Shown here in pieces: positions 10,901-17,138 of a stretch of 64,000 bases of DNA. Position numbers and translations under genes: made by a program. The stretch comes from Candidatus Abzuiibacterium crystallinum (GTDB lineage: Bacteria; Omnitrophota; Omnitrophia; Omnitrophales; Abzuiibacteriaceae), in NCBI GenBank assembly GCA_002787155.1, contig PCVY01000064.1:10475-74474 (forward strand), written 5' to 3'. Each line of letters starts with the position of its first letter. The stretch's first letter is position 1. The notes under the pieces were generated by a model that searched no databases, had not been told where the DNA came from, and was given only the letters and a program-made list of their open reading frames with translations.

Positions 10901-13517
10901 CGTCACTTATGTGTTAGCTGACCTTTCTTCTTCCATTATTGAACAAGCCAAACAGGAATTAGGCAAAAGCCGTAATGGAATCAAGTTTGACATGTTGCAG
11001 CTGGATGCCGCCAATCCAACCCAAGCACTTGAGAAATATCAAGGTCAAATATTGCGCGGTCATCTAACCAATATCTTAGACAACTTGCCGACCGATTATT
11101 TTGTCCGCCGAGAAACAAAGTCATACATTGTTGAAAGCAGGCCGCGTTGGTCGAAACCTGAAATCATTGCTTTGGCGCGGCAATATCAAATCAAAGAAGA
11201 TGAATTGATCAAGGATTTGCAGAATTTATCCGAAACGGGTGTTCAACATTTCCTGGGAAAATACAGACAATCTTTTCATCGAAGTGCCTATCGGACACCC
11301 GAGCAGTCGGATGAGTTATTCTACCGATTTTGGTATGACTTGTATGGCAATAAAGACAGGCCCGGAACGGGACTGCGGCTAGAAGAACAGCTGGTACCCA
11401 TTAACGATCTTGAGCAATTTCATTTTCTATCTCAAACCGAACTTTCGGGAGCATTGCTAGCCGAAGCCTTAGATGAAGTAGAAGGCGACATCCGTATGCC
11501 GCTTTCTAATCATGCCATTGACGCGGTCTTGGCTTGGCAAAAGTTGCTACATCCGGACGGCGTGATCGAAATCTTTGATATCGTGGTTGATAGATTTGAG
11601 GATTTCCAAACCAAAGAAAATCGACCGAACAAAACAGCAAAATATGACGGCTCGGCCGTTGATTGGATCAATGGAGCACTTTTGCGCGTCATTGGCAAAG
11701 CTCTCATTCCGGGTTTTCACATGACGGTCGAAAATCTAGGCCGTTTCGGTAAACGCTTCAAAACCATGTCCTTGGTCGAAATTCGCCAAAATCAAGAAGT
11801 CACCGTTAAACCGCGAGCAGAACTACGCGTATCATCGGTCCAGGATCGATTAATTGATTTAACCGCTGAAGCGGAAGCGCAAGGGATTGACTTAGATGCT
11901 ATTGCACAAACGCTGAAACAGGAAGACTACTATGTTGAAGACTTGGTGCGCGAAGTTTTGCGGGATGCCATTCAATTTCATCCTTCGGCCGATTTGCTTA
12001 CAGCCGACAATCTCAAAAGGTTGGTTTCTTTACTTGAAATAATTGGTTTGAAGCGGATTGAACCGGTTTCATTTGTTCGGACGGATGACAAAGGCGTTCC
12101 ACTCATGCGATTTTCGCCTGAAGTCGCCGAATTTATGCGTGAGCGAAAGCAAAAAGGGTCATCATTAATCGTGTCGTACCTGGTGTTTAAGCGTGACGGC
12201 GTAGAAGCGGTTTTACAACATGACCCAACTGCCTCTCAAATTGCAATCAACATAGCGCTTTCACCCAATTATGGGGCGTCCAATACGTTGTCGCAAAGCC
12301 AACATGAGTTTTTTGATAATCGATTAGCACCACAGCTTGACTGGCTCGAAGAGATCAATGAAGCACGGCGAGAAATATCTGATTCTAAACTTAAACCCGT
12401 GGGCGTGAGTGCTTATTTAAGTAATGCATGGGGTGCTCAGGATTTAACGATTGATTTTGATGACGAAAAAGCATTTACCGGCTGGCTTGAAGAAATCAAA
12501 GGTTGGATACGAAAGTTTCAAGCGAAAGAAATCGAGGAAGTGGTGTTAAGCGATACCACCGGTGAAGCCAGACCGGCGGATATTACAAAACTATTTAGCG
12601 CTCTCATTCAAGATACGGAATTTAAAGATATCAAATTTGCTTTTCACGGACATGACAGCGGTAACGGTCTTTTAAATGTTTTTGCCGCGCTAAAGGCGGG
12701 TGTTCGGATGATTGATACTTCCATTGGGAATTTAGGCGGCTCGCCTTTCTCTGAAACCACACATACCTATAAAGGACGGAAACCAGGTAACATCACGACC
12801 GAGGATTTAATTTTTTTACTCAAAGCGAAAGGCGTTCCGACGAATATCGATTTTGATCGTCTTTTAGAAGTTGTTCGGGAGTTTGAACGTATTTTGAGTG
12901 ATAATTTTGTTGAAAATACCCGCGTGTTGGGTTTGCACCACTTGCCATTGGCAGAAAGAGAAGATCTATTTAAATTGATGGGACCAAAGGCAAGACGTTC
13001 AGAACTGAAAGCAGTAGAACCAGTTTTAACACAAGCGCCGGCAGCTTTTAGTAATCGTTTACGTTCAGAACTTCGATTGATGTTGGTGCCGCCCTCAACC
13101 GTGACGGCACAAAACATTGGCTTGGCATTCGGCAGGCGAGACACCTTTGAAGTATTAACGCCGGTTCTTTTGCAGCAATTGGCAAGCGCTGGAATTCCTG
13201 TGGTTGTGATTGCGCCCACATCGATTGAAAAAGGCGTCATTGATCAAATCAATCACCAGACGGCAAATGAACATGCTATCTTGATTGCTGAGAGTCTGCA
13301 GGAGGCAGCCTATCAATTAAAAAGGCAGCAAATAGAAGAAACCCGCTTTGTCAGCACCGAGCGCTCAGACCTTGATCTTGCGGCACCTTTTTTTAACGTG
13401 GTTGCTTACTTGCCCAAAGAACAGCTTACCGGGTGGGTATTGTCACAAGTGAAAGCAATTGCCGTCATGATGCAACAATCCCGCGCTAATTACGAAAGAC
13501 TCTTACAAGCCGCTTAG
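4926..13517 (+). CDS. Giant multidomain protein 2: signal-peptide-like N-terminus, EamA/DMT-like transporter, membrane domain, AceK-like, MetF-like, SAM methyltransferase-like, HMG-CoA lyase-like, shared C-terminal domain
   Basis: 2,863-aa ORF; domain motifs as listed in the sub-features; six xSEL[R/K] motifs at module boundaries. Confidence 0.9.
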   Translation: MKQTGFGSKLLSLTLSFSLFTTCSVGFTDPSLILGSGPGPDPRHLTRTKAAGHSLSVIHQLTALNPEIARDLWRRQQLPAAVTRFIDLSVKSELRSSSNDTWGQVRDLTPGVHRAESSFSSKMKQGSSVRTVIFLAVLSLTVYLGFLQVARFPSGNVKLDWAAASLMPVIVTGVFLVGLFRNHLLSSGRLFSISILAAALYGWTTVLAKPVLNFPMTQVGPLPYMITLWGAAILLLHYVYDQLFRMSGKVNGSTNTSFTSSWLARLIPLYTDFKILFKLKRATSRNGADLTSTQQMLTMNRRAGFLRGTFWHLGPFALALWGSLFSQTLGAGTLYLALYQGLNPNVYGVMAPIGIVLLPGLLAAWWLGEKFTARKLIGYAMVFSGMAAISAVSLTQASVQVPFAALALGLLSAVFYGLRQIFHKQLFNKNLDALSAGEHAQLEMAVNRLGYFLGTVTMIGIAVIQAIVGNQPIGWFTFLVPSMAILTIANMFVWTGMWVLVFFVTRHIHASRLTPILATFPFWTMLWQWVVTGQLNPSLIAIGGLVLAGGILASYQKPTQVDGGSRSELRTSAGMSLFSKPHLRTIYIISHVILFGVGLLAFPTLSLLAYESIHIGAVINLMFFASFVLIGNAFIHQIYQWYGYRFNFKKLGAAITLSLVSGAVTLLGVMLINELFPLGQEFAGTTFRLPLGFGRVQIDFAHPLIAHTVVAIPRVLMAIVLEALNLLLLDLPFRFYRDQLKSRHEGTQSNLKKREAFYLSRLYSLAAYYFILVWLPNYTSVLFIGLVLQLLRLFLHVSANRKSYWVKSWFIQNHRTLLVIFPLFYPFVKLARSLHWLITPKETISVEAKSRVLASAVWHAYEQYQKELQALNDRALSLFEQGDWAHLQVDYQRRLDLYSQSIENASLEISRQIGNGFISEQTIWDQARTHFDVLVINPLDKKLADAFFYTVKRRFIPGTESDIRFIAEDVHLFRGSEDVLEPVFTSYKRKVSTRAAVETILSHYGFKIPYEDHERDVNHITDLVNRQLHLEEGEPNAKVERFEMLNPIFTRFKKIYIVGRIRVKANTIPLVLVFDNHSQKLVLDQVVMESLDVSRLFGFTHSQFTVVTDNYQALVNFLHELMPRKHLSQIYRVIGQYNLAKAEILKDLFNLIRKRQERFRLSEGVKGKVVISFSLPSSDMMIRVLKDRPDKPLSPREFEAKHYFARHVYKAGRIVEMIGLRNVRFPKAAFEADVLKELLEKSTDPENGIVEDGEFIILKRFFVQRYVIPLDIFFQREKDPEIRRRILLDLGQLHKDLARVNIFNVDFLPHNHGVIAAGTANMRVVLFDLDAIELLTDQNFLSVPRYSRPVDDGDFDLDYFMYGGDAEDMRMAAPSNDQYPEQFELLKDIPLDLVTEFMRVHGDLIQPDFYLATQRDLWQQADELVRTFPYSLLARRRANPIHSELRHFSLAERLQTQEFVVTTELDEPDMTPDYWKLIDQGWVHGMTITDLPLISKVEDLLKRYQAKKTIRQNPFAILHQTTGAIVTVAAGARFRGNIRNRILRMVEENAGGILAVASGGLIRRLARVLWLEWLLPMNSFKILRMVKKMKQAGIIPKDFLIMGVENPLIGDPVTQVDRLEEKIEAGAEAIMTQPPLLWHQFEAWWREVEKRGLNRRVPIIIGFPFITSPANLRFWYFLTGVSSHHLEAQALLSEFEEKQNEGAEAFAKFRQEFSEGLLRKIRTLPHAAGIHLFPLKGMPQVIPTLKANDLRPPLHHIRRIDRLIGLYDELGVQLDIENVAYKDEHVKHLEGVLSVIYGVIKNFDDRPKRITINRVFYKQHFLDSVMVRDIVGSSDWELTIDLKSFERDKLFNIKRLRHQVQQKILDRKRPERKKEIFITAGPFKRYAHSLIRQWNEAFWQHVKAMMKALKRDYRDTIAGSPDTEAPILHYNAERFLLEDLLPLREQEKQTGVPPQPVAYVEGGVASIDYARGFVDQLKKLAEDRGLADLLTNVTYVLADLSSSIIEQAKQELGKSRNGIKFDMLQLDAANPTQALEKYQGQILRGHLTNILDNLPTDYFVRRETKSYIVESRPRWSKPEIIALARQYQIKEDELIKDLQNLSETGVQHFLGKYRQSFHRSAYRTPEQSDELFYRFWYDLYGNKDRPGTGLRLEEQLVPINDLEQFHFLSQTELSGALLAEALDEVEGDIRMPLSNHAIDAVLAWQKLLHPDGVIEIFDIVVDRFEDFQTKENRPNKTAKYDGSAVDWINGALLRVIGKALIPGFHMTVENLGRFGKRFKTMSLVEIRQNQEVTVKPRAELRVSSVQDRLIDLTAEAEAQGIDLDAIAQTLKQEDYYVEDLVREVLRDAIQFHPSADLLTADNLKRLVSLLEIIGLKRIEPVSFVRTDDKGVPLMRFSPEVAEFMRERKQKGSSLIVSYLVFKRDGVEAVLQHDPTASQIAINIALSPNYGASNTLSQSQHEFFDNRLAPQLDWLEEINEARREISDSKLKPVGVSAYLSNAWGAQDLTIDFDDEKAFTGWLEEIKGWIRKFQAKEIEEVVLSDTTGEARPADITKLFSALIQDTEFKDIKFAFHGHDSGNGLLNVFAALKAGVRMIDTSIGNLGGSPFSETTHTYKGRKPGNITTEDLIFLLKAKGVPTNIDFDRLLEVVREFERILSDNFVENTRVLGLHHLPLAEREDLFKLMGPKARRSELKAVEPVLTQAPAAFSNRLRSELRLMLVPPSTVTAQNIGLAFGRRDTFEVLTPVLLQQLASAGIPVVVIAPTSIEKGVIDQINHQTANEHAILIAESLQEAAYQLKRQQIEETRFVSTERSDLDLAAPFFNVVAYLPKEQLTGWVLSQVKAIAVMMQQSRANYERLLQAA
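5024..5054. repeat. 31-bp palindromic REP-like element, copy 2 (inside CDS)
   Basis: CTTGGGGTCAGGTCCGGGACCTGACCCCAGG, translated as LGSGPGPDPR. Confidence 0.92.
5227..5257. repeat. 31-bp palindromic REP-like element, copy 3 (inside CDS)
   Basis: Identical to copy 2 but read in a different phase (WGQVRDLTPG). Confidence 0.92.
5300..6600 (+). other. EamA/DMT-like multi-pass transporter module in giant protein 2
   Basis: Many hydrophobic helices; LAAWWLGEKFTARKLIG and LALGLLSAVFYG are DMT-like. Bounds approximate. Confidence 0.7.
7470..9240 (+). other. aceK: Isocitrate dehydrogenase kinase/phosphatase (AceK)-like module in giant protein 2
   Basis: RALSLFEQGDW, RRLDLY, LADAFFYTV, LFGFTHSQF, GVKGKVVISFSLP..VLKDR, NIFNVDFLPHNHGV, RVVLFDLDAI, FPY at the end. 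Bounds approximate. Confidence 0.85.
9264..10180 (+). other. Methylenetetrahydrofolate reductase (MetF)-like module in giant protein 2
   Basis: Starts right after HSELR with LAERLQTQEFVVTTEL; ITD, RLEEKIEAGAEAIMTQP, VPIIIG, GIHLF. Confidence 0.75.
10545..11800 (+). other. Class I SAM-dependent methyltransferase-like module in giant protein 2
   Basis: VAYVEGGVAS motif I-like, YVLADLS, LDA, NILDNLP, LLHPDGVIEIFD. Confidence 0.6.
11830..12990 (+). other. HMG-CoA lyase-like (DRE-TIM metallolyase) module in giant protein 2
   Basis: LRDAIQ, LSDTTG, FHGHD, DTSIGNLGGSPF, GNITTED. Confidence 0.8.
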
Positions 13518-13696
13518 AGACGGTCCCCCCCAAGTCTTTTGTGGGTCGTGAGTTAAACAGAAACCATCCCTATCTATTTTTTTCTGACTTGCAATCACTT
13601 AAAAGAGCGTTATAGTTATAATATATTGAAGCCGAACTACATAATCTAATAGACTCATCTTTGGCAGGGTCTCACGCGATCACGAAAGGGGTTTTT

Positions 13697-14698
13697 ATGT
13701 TTAAAAAAGTATACTTACCGGTTCTTATTTTAATCACCATCCTTATTTGTCCTTCTCAGTTACAGGCTGCCAAAGACTCAGGCGATGTGGCCGCTAAAAT
13801 CGACAAAGACGTGATTACCATGAGCGAATTAAACAAAGCAGCCGAATCAGACCTGATGCCGCTTGCTTCACAAATTTATGACATCAAGAAAAAACGGCTC
13901 GATCAAATGGTGGAAGACAAATTGTATGAATTAGAAGCCAAGAAGCAGAAAACGAGCGTTGAAGCATTAAAAGCTGAAATTAATAAGGGCGATGAAGACA
14001 TGAGTGACGATGCGATCGAGGTGTATTATGATTTAAACAAGGCACAATTCGGCAATCGGCCGCTCGAACAAGTTAAGGCTCAAATTAAAAATCTTTTGAT
14101 CCGACGCAAACTTGACAAAAGCAACGATGAATTCTTAGCTGGTTTAAGAAAGAAATACAATGTGGAAGTGATGTTGGAAGAACCGAAAATGGAGTTGGAT
14201 ATAGATGGATACCCTTCACGCGGTCCCGATAACGCCAAGGTGACTGTGGTTGAATTTACCGATTTCCAATGTCCTTTCTGCAAACGGTTTAAAGATACCA
14301 TTGACCAATTGGTAGAAGAATACCCGAACGATGTCAAACACGTTTTTCATCATTTACCGCTTCCCATGCACCGCAATGCCAAAGGGGCACATCATGCCTC
14401 GGTTTGTGCCGACCGCCAGGGTAAATTTTGGGAGATGCGCGAAGTATTATTTAATAATGCCACAGCACTTGAGCGTGAAAATCTAAATAAATATGCCGGG
14501 GAAGTCGGTTTGGATATGGACGCTTTTAGTAAGTGCATGGAAGATCCTGAAATTGATAAATACTTAGACGATGCTGCCAGTTACGCGCAATCGGTCGGAG
14601 CGCGAGGAACACCCACCTCATTTGTGAACGGCACCTTGTTCAGGGGCGCTCAGCCTTATGAACAGCTTAAGCAGGTGGTTGAGACCAAATTAAAATAG
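13697..14698 (+). CDS. DsbA-family thioredoxin-fold protein with SurA-like N-terminal domain
   Basis: Signal peptide; EFTDFQCPFC and GTPT; ATG at 13697 after AAAGGGG. Confidence 0.85.
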   Translation: MFKKVYLPVLILITILICPSQLQAAKDSGDVAAKIDKDVITMSELNKAAESDLMPLASQIYDIKKKRLDQMVEDKLYELEAKKQKTSVEALKAEINKGDEDMSDDAIEVYYDLNKAQFGNRPLEQVKAQIKNLLIRRKLDKSNDEFLAGLRKKYNVEVMLEEPKMELDIDGYPSRGPDNAKVTVVEFTDFQCPFCKRFKDTIDQLVEEYPNDVKHVFHHLPLPMHRNAKGAHHASVCADRQGKFWEMREVLFNNATALERENLNKYAGEVGLDMDAFSKCMEDPEIDKYLDDAASYAQSVGARGTPTSFVNGTLFRGAQPYEQLKQVVETKLK

Positions 14699-14708
14699 TT
14701 TTTTGAGG

Positions 14709-14771
14709 CTTAGGGTCAGGTCTCCGCCTGAGGACGGATTCGTCCTTTGGCGAACGGGACCTGACCCTAAG
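14709..14771. repeat. Variant of the GGGTCAGGTC palindrome with a second hairpin nested in its centre
   Basis: 14-bp arms CTTAGGGTCAGGTC / GACCTGACCCTAAG enclosing CGCCTGAGGACGGATTCGTCCTTTGGCG. Confidence 0.85.
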
Positions 14772-14804
14772 TTATTTCATTCCTCCTTATAATCATGCCT
14801 TTGT

Positions 14805-14833
14805 TTGACAATTAGGTTATGAATTGCTATTAT
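14805..14833 (+). promoter_or_regulatory. Sigma70-type promoter of riboflavin operon
   Basis: TTGACA-17 bp-TATTAT with TG extension, about 45 bp upstream of ribBA ATG. Confidence 0.65.
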
Positions 14834-14877
14834 CTTTCTTTTACGCAAACCTTTTTGTGAAAGCGAGTTACGAAAAT

Positions 14878-16074
14878 ATGTTCAATCCGATCGAAGAGAT
14901 CATAGCCGATATCAAAGCAGGTCAAATGGTCATTATTGCCGATGACGAATCGCGCGAAAATGAAGGCGATCTTATTTTCCCCGCTCAATCTGTGAATGCT
15001 GATAAGGTTAATTTCATGATTAAACACGGGCGAGGTTTAATTTGCACCCCCATGACGGATGAACGGCTTGAAGCGTTGGGGCTTTCGGATATGGTGAGAC
15101 AAATGGGTGATACCATGAAGACCGCTTTCACGATTTCCGTTGATGCCGCCCTCGGTGTGACCACAGGTATCTCAGCGCATGATCGTGCCCGCACCATTGA
15201 AGTTTTGGCGGATCAAAAATCAACCCGAAAAGATTTGGTCAGTCCCGGACACATTTTTCCTTTACGGGCTAAGAAAGGCGGCGTTTTAAGACGGGCAGGT
15301 CACACCGAAGCTGCGGTTGATTTGTGCCGTTTGGCGGGCTTGGCGCCGGTTGGGGTGATTTGTGAAATTATCAATGATGACGGCACAATGGCACGCCGCG
15401 ATGATTTATTTCAGTTTGCCAAGCGTTTTAAATTGAAAATTGGTACGATTCGCGCACTCATTGAATATCGAAGACGTTCCGAAAAATTAGTGGAAAAAAT
15501 TGCAGAAGCTAAATTACCGACGCGGCATGGCGAATGGTCTCTCAAATTATATCGTTCGACCGTGGATGAGCAGGAGCACATGGCATTGGTTAAAGGCGAT
15601 GTGGATGAAAAGCCAACCATGGTACGCGCTCATTCAGAGTGCTTTACGAGCGAAGTTCTCGGATCGCTTCGTTGCGATTGTCAAGAACAGCTGGATGCCG
15701 CCATGGCGATGATTCATAAAGAAGGAAAAGGCGTTCTGCTTTACATCCGCCAAGAAGGGCGTGGAATCGGGTTATCCAATAAAATCAAAGCGTATGAATT
15801 GCAAGATCAAGGGTTGGATACGGTAGAGGCCAACGAAAAACTGGGTTTTAAGCCGGATTTGAGAGATTACGGAACGGGCGCGCAGATATTAAAAGATTTG
15901 GGATTGTCGCAAATTCGTTTACTAACCAATAATCCCCGCAAAATTGTGGGCCTTGAAGGGCACGGCTTGCATGTGATTGAGCGTATTCAACTGGAAATGC
16001 CGACGCATGAGCATAATGCGAAATATTTAAAAGTTAAGAAATTAAAATTAGGACATTTGCTGAAGGATATTTAA
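14878..16074 (+). CDS. ribBA: Bifunctional DHBP synthase / GTP cyclohydrolase II
   Basis: DDESRENEGD, RAGHTEA, HSECFT, RCDC, QEGRGIG, TNNPRK. Confidence 0.97.
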   Translation: MFNPIEEIIADIKAGQMVIIADDESRENEGDLIFPAQSVNADKVNFMIKHGRGLICTPMTDERLEALGLSDMVRQMGDTMKTAFTISVDAALGVTTGISAHDRARTIEVLADQKSTRKDLVSPGHIFPLRAKKGGVLRRAGHTEAAVDLCRLAGLAPVGVICEIINDDGTMARRDDLFQFAKRFKLKIGTIRALIEYRRRSEKLVEKIAEAKLPTRHGEWSLKLYRSTVDEQEHMALVKGDVDEKPTMVRAHSECFTSEVLGSLRCDCQEQLDAAMAMIHKEGKGVLLYIRQEGRGIGLSNKIKAYELQDQGLDTVEANEKLGFKPDLRDYGTGAQILKDLGLSQIRLLTNNPRKIVGLEGHGLHVIERIQLEMPTHEHNAKYLKVKKLKLGHLLKDI

Positions 16075-16628
16075 TGGCAATGGTTAAAGAAGGTTCTCTC
16101 ATTGGTACGGGTAAGCGTTTTGGAATTGTTGTTTCCCGCTTCAACGAACACGTTACCAAGGCGCTCTTAGACGGAACGCTGAATCACCTGCGCCGTTCGG
16201 GTGTGCGTGAAACAGACATTGAAGCGGCTTGGGTGCCCGGCACTTTTGAAATCCCCCTGACTTTACAAACCATGGCCCGTCAGAAGCAATTTGACGGTCT
16301 TGTGGTTCTGGGGTGTTTGATTCGGGGTGAAACCTCCAATTATGCGCACATTGCCCAAAGTACCACCGACAGCATCATGCAGGTGATGTTAACTTGTGAA
16401 GTGCCAATTGGTTTTGGTTTGCTCACGGTTGATACGCTTGAACAAGCCCTTAACCGATCGGGCGGTAAATTTGGAAATAAAGGAAGGGAAGCGGCAGAAG
16501 CCGTGATTGAAATGGTTAATTTGATCGCTGTTTTAAAACCAACTGATTCGACCAACCGGCAAAATTTTCTCCGCGCTGCCACTCAAACATGGGAGCGTTT
16601 TTCGATGAAGGAGGATATGGATCAATAA
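16074..16628 (+). CDS. ribH: 6,7-dimethyl-8-ribityllumazine synthase
   Basis: VVSRFN, VPGTFEIP, IRGET, GNKG; operon context. Confidence 0.95.
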   Translation: MAMVKEGSLIGTGKRFGIVVSRFNEHVTKALLDGTLNHLRRSGVRETDIEAAWVPGTFEIPLTLQTMARQKQFDGLVVLGCLIRGETSNYAHIAQSTTDSIMQVMLTCEVPIGFGLLTVDTLEQALNRSGGKFGNKGREAAEAVIEMVNLIAVLKPTDSTNRQNFLRAATQTWERFSMKEDMDQ

Positions 16629-16686
16629 GGTTTAAACCAAATTCAATATCAGGAGTTTCAACCTACTTTGCTCTTTACCAATTGCT

Positions 16687-17130
16687 ATGCGTAAAAGAAC
16701 TCAAGCACGTGAATATGCGCTCCAAATTTTGTATCAAATCAATCTCACCAAAGGAGACGTTGAAAGTGTGCTGCAAGATTTCTGGATTTACCAGCCCGCC
16801 GGCGAAGACGTGATGCAATTTACAAACCGCATTGTCAAAGGCGCATTGACTTTTCAACCGGAGATTGATCAGATTATTCAAAAATACACGGAAAACTGGG
16901 ATCTGGAACGCATGGCCGTCGTTGACCGCAACATCCTTCGTCTCTCAACTTTTGAGCTGATTTATCTGGAAGACATTCCGCCAAAAGTTGCCATTAACGA
17001 GGCAGTTAACTTAGCTAAAAAGTTCTCACAATTAGAGTCCGGTAAATTCGTCAATGGTGTTCTTGATAAAATTACGCATTCAGAACCTAAACGGACCGCA
17101 CCGGGTGAGACACCCGTCAAGAAATCATAA
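16687..17130 (+). CDS. nusB: Transcription antitermination factor NusB
   Basis: RTQAREYALQILY, DRNILR, INEAVNLAK, FVNGVLD. Confidence 0.97.
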   Translation: MRKRTQAREYALQILYQINLTKGDVESVLQDFWIYQPAGEDVMQFTNRIVKGALTFQPEIDQIIQKYTENWDLERMAVVDRNILRLSTFELIYLEDIPPKVAINEAVNLAKKFSQLESGKFVNGVLDKITHSEPKRTAPGETPVKKS

Positions 17131-17138
17131 ATAAACGT

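Noticed and set aside
201-13076. RSELR copies as a DNA repeat or recombination site
   Set aside because: Synonymous codons differ between copies; only the peptide is conserved.
3-13517. Giant ORFs as read-through, alternative genetic code or assembly artefacts
   Set aside because: Frames are open under the standard code, neighbouring genes use TAA, TAG and TGA stops normally, and junctions carry a shared motif and tail. A read-level check is still advisable.
3-13517. Inteins as the processing mechanism
   Set aside because: No Hint-domain signature (C/S start with HN-C/S/T end) recognised at the junctions.
14772-14877. FMN riboswitch before ribBA
   Set aside because: No RFN consensus, and the leader after the promoter is too short.
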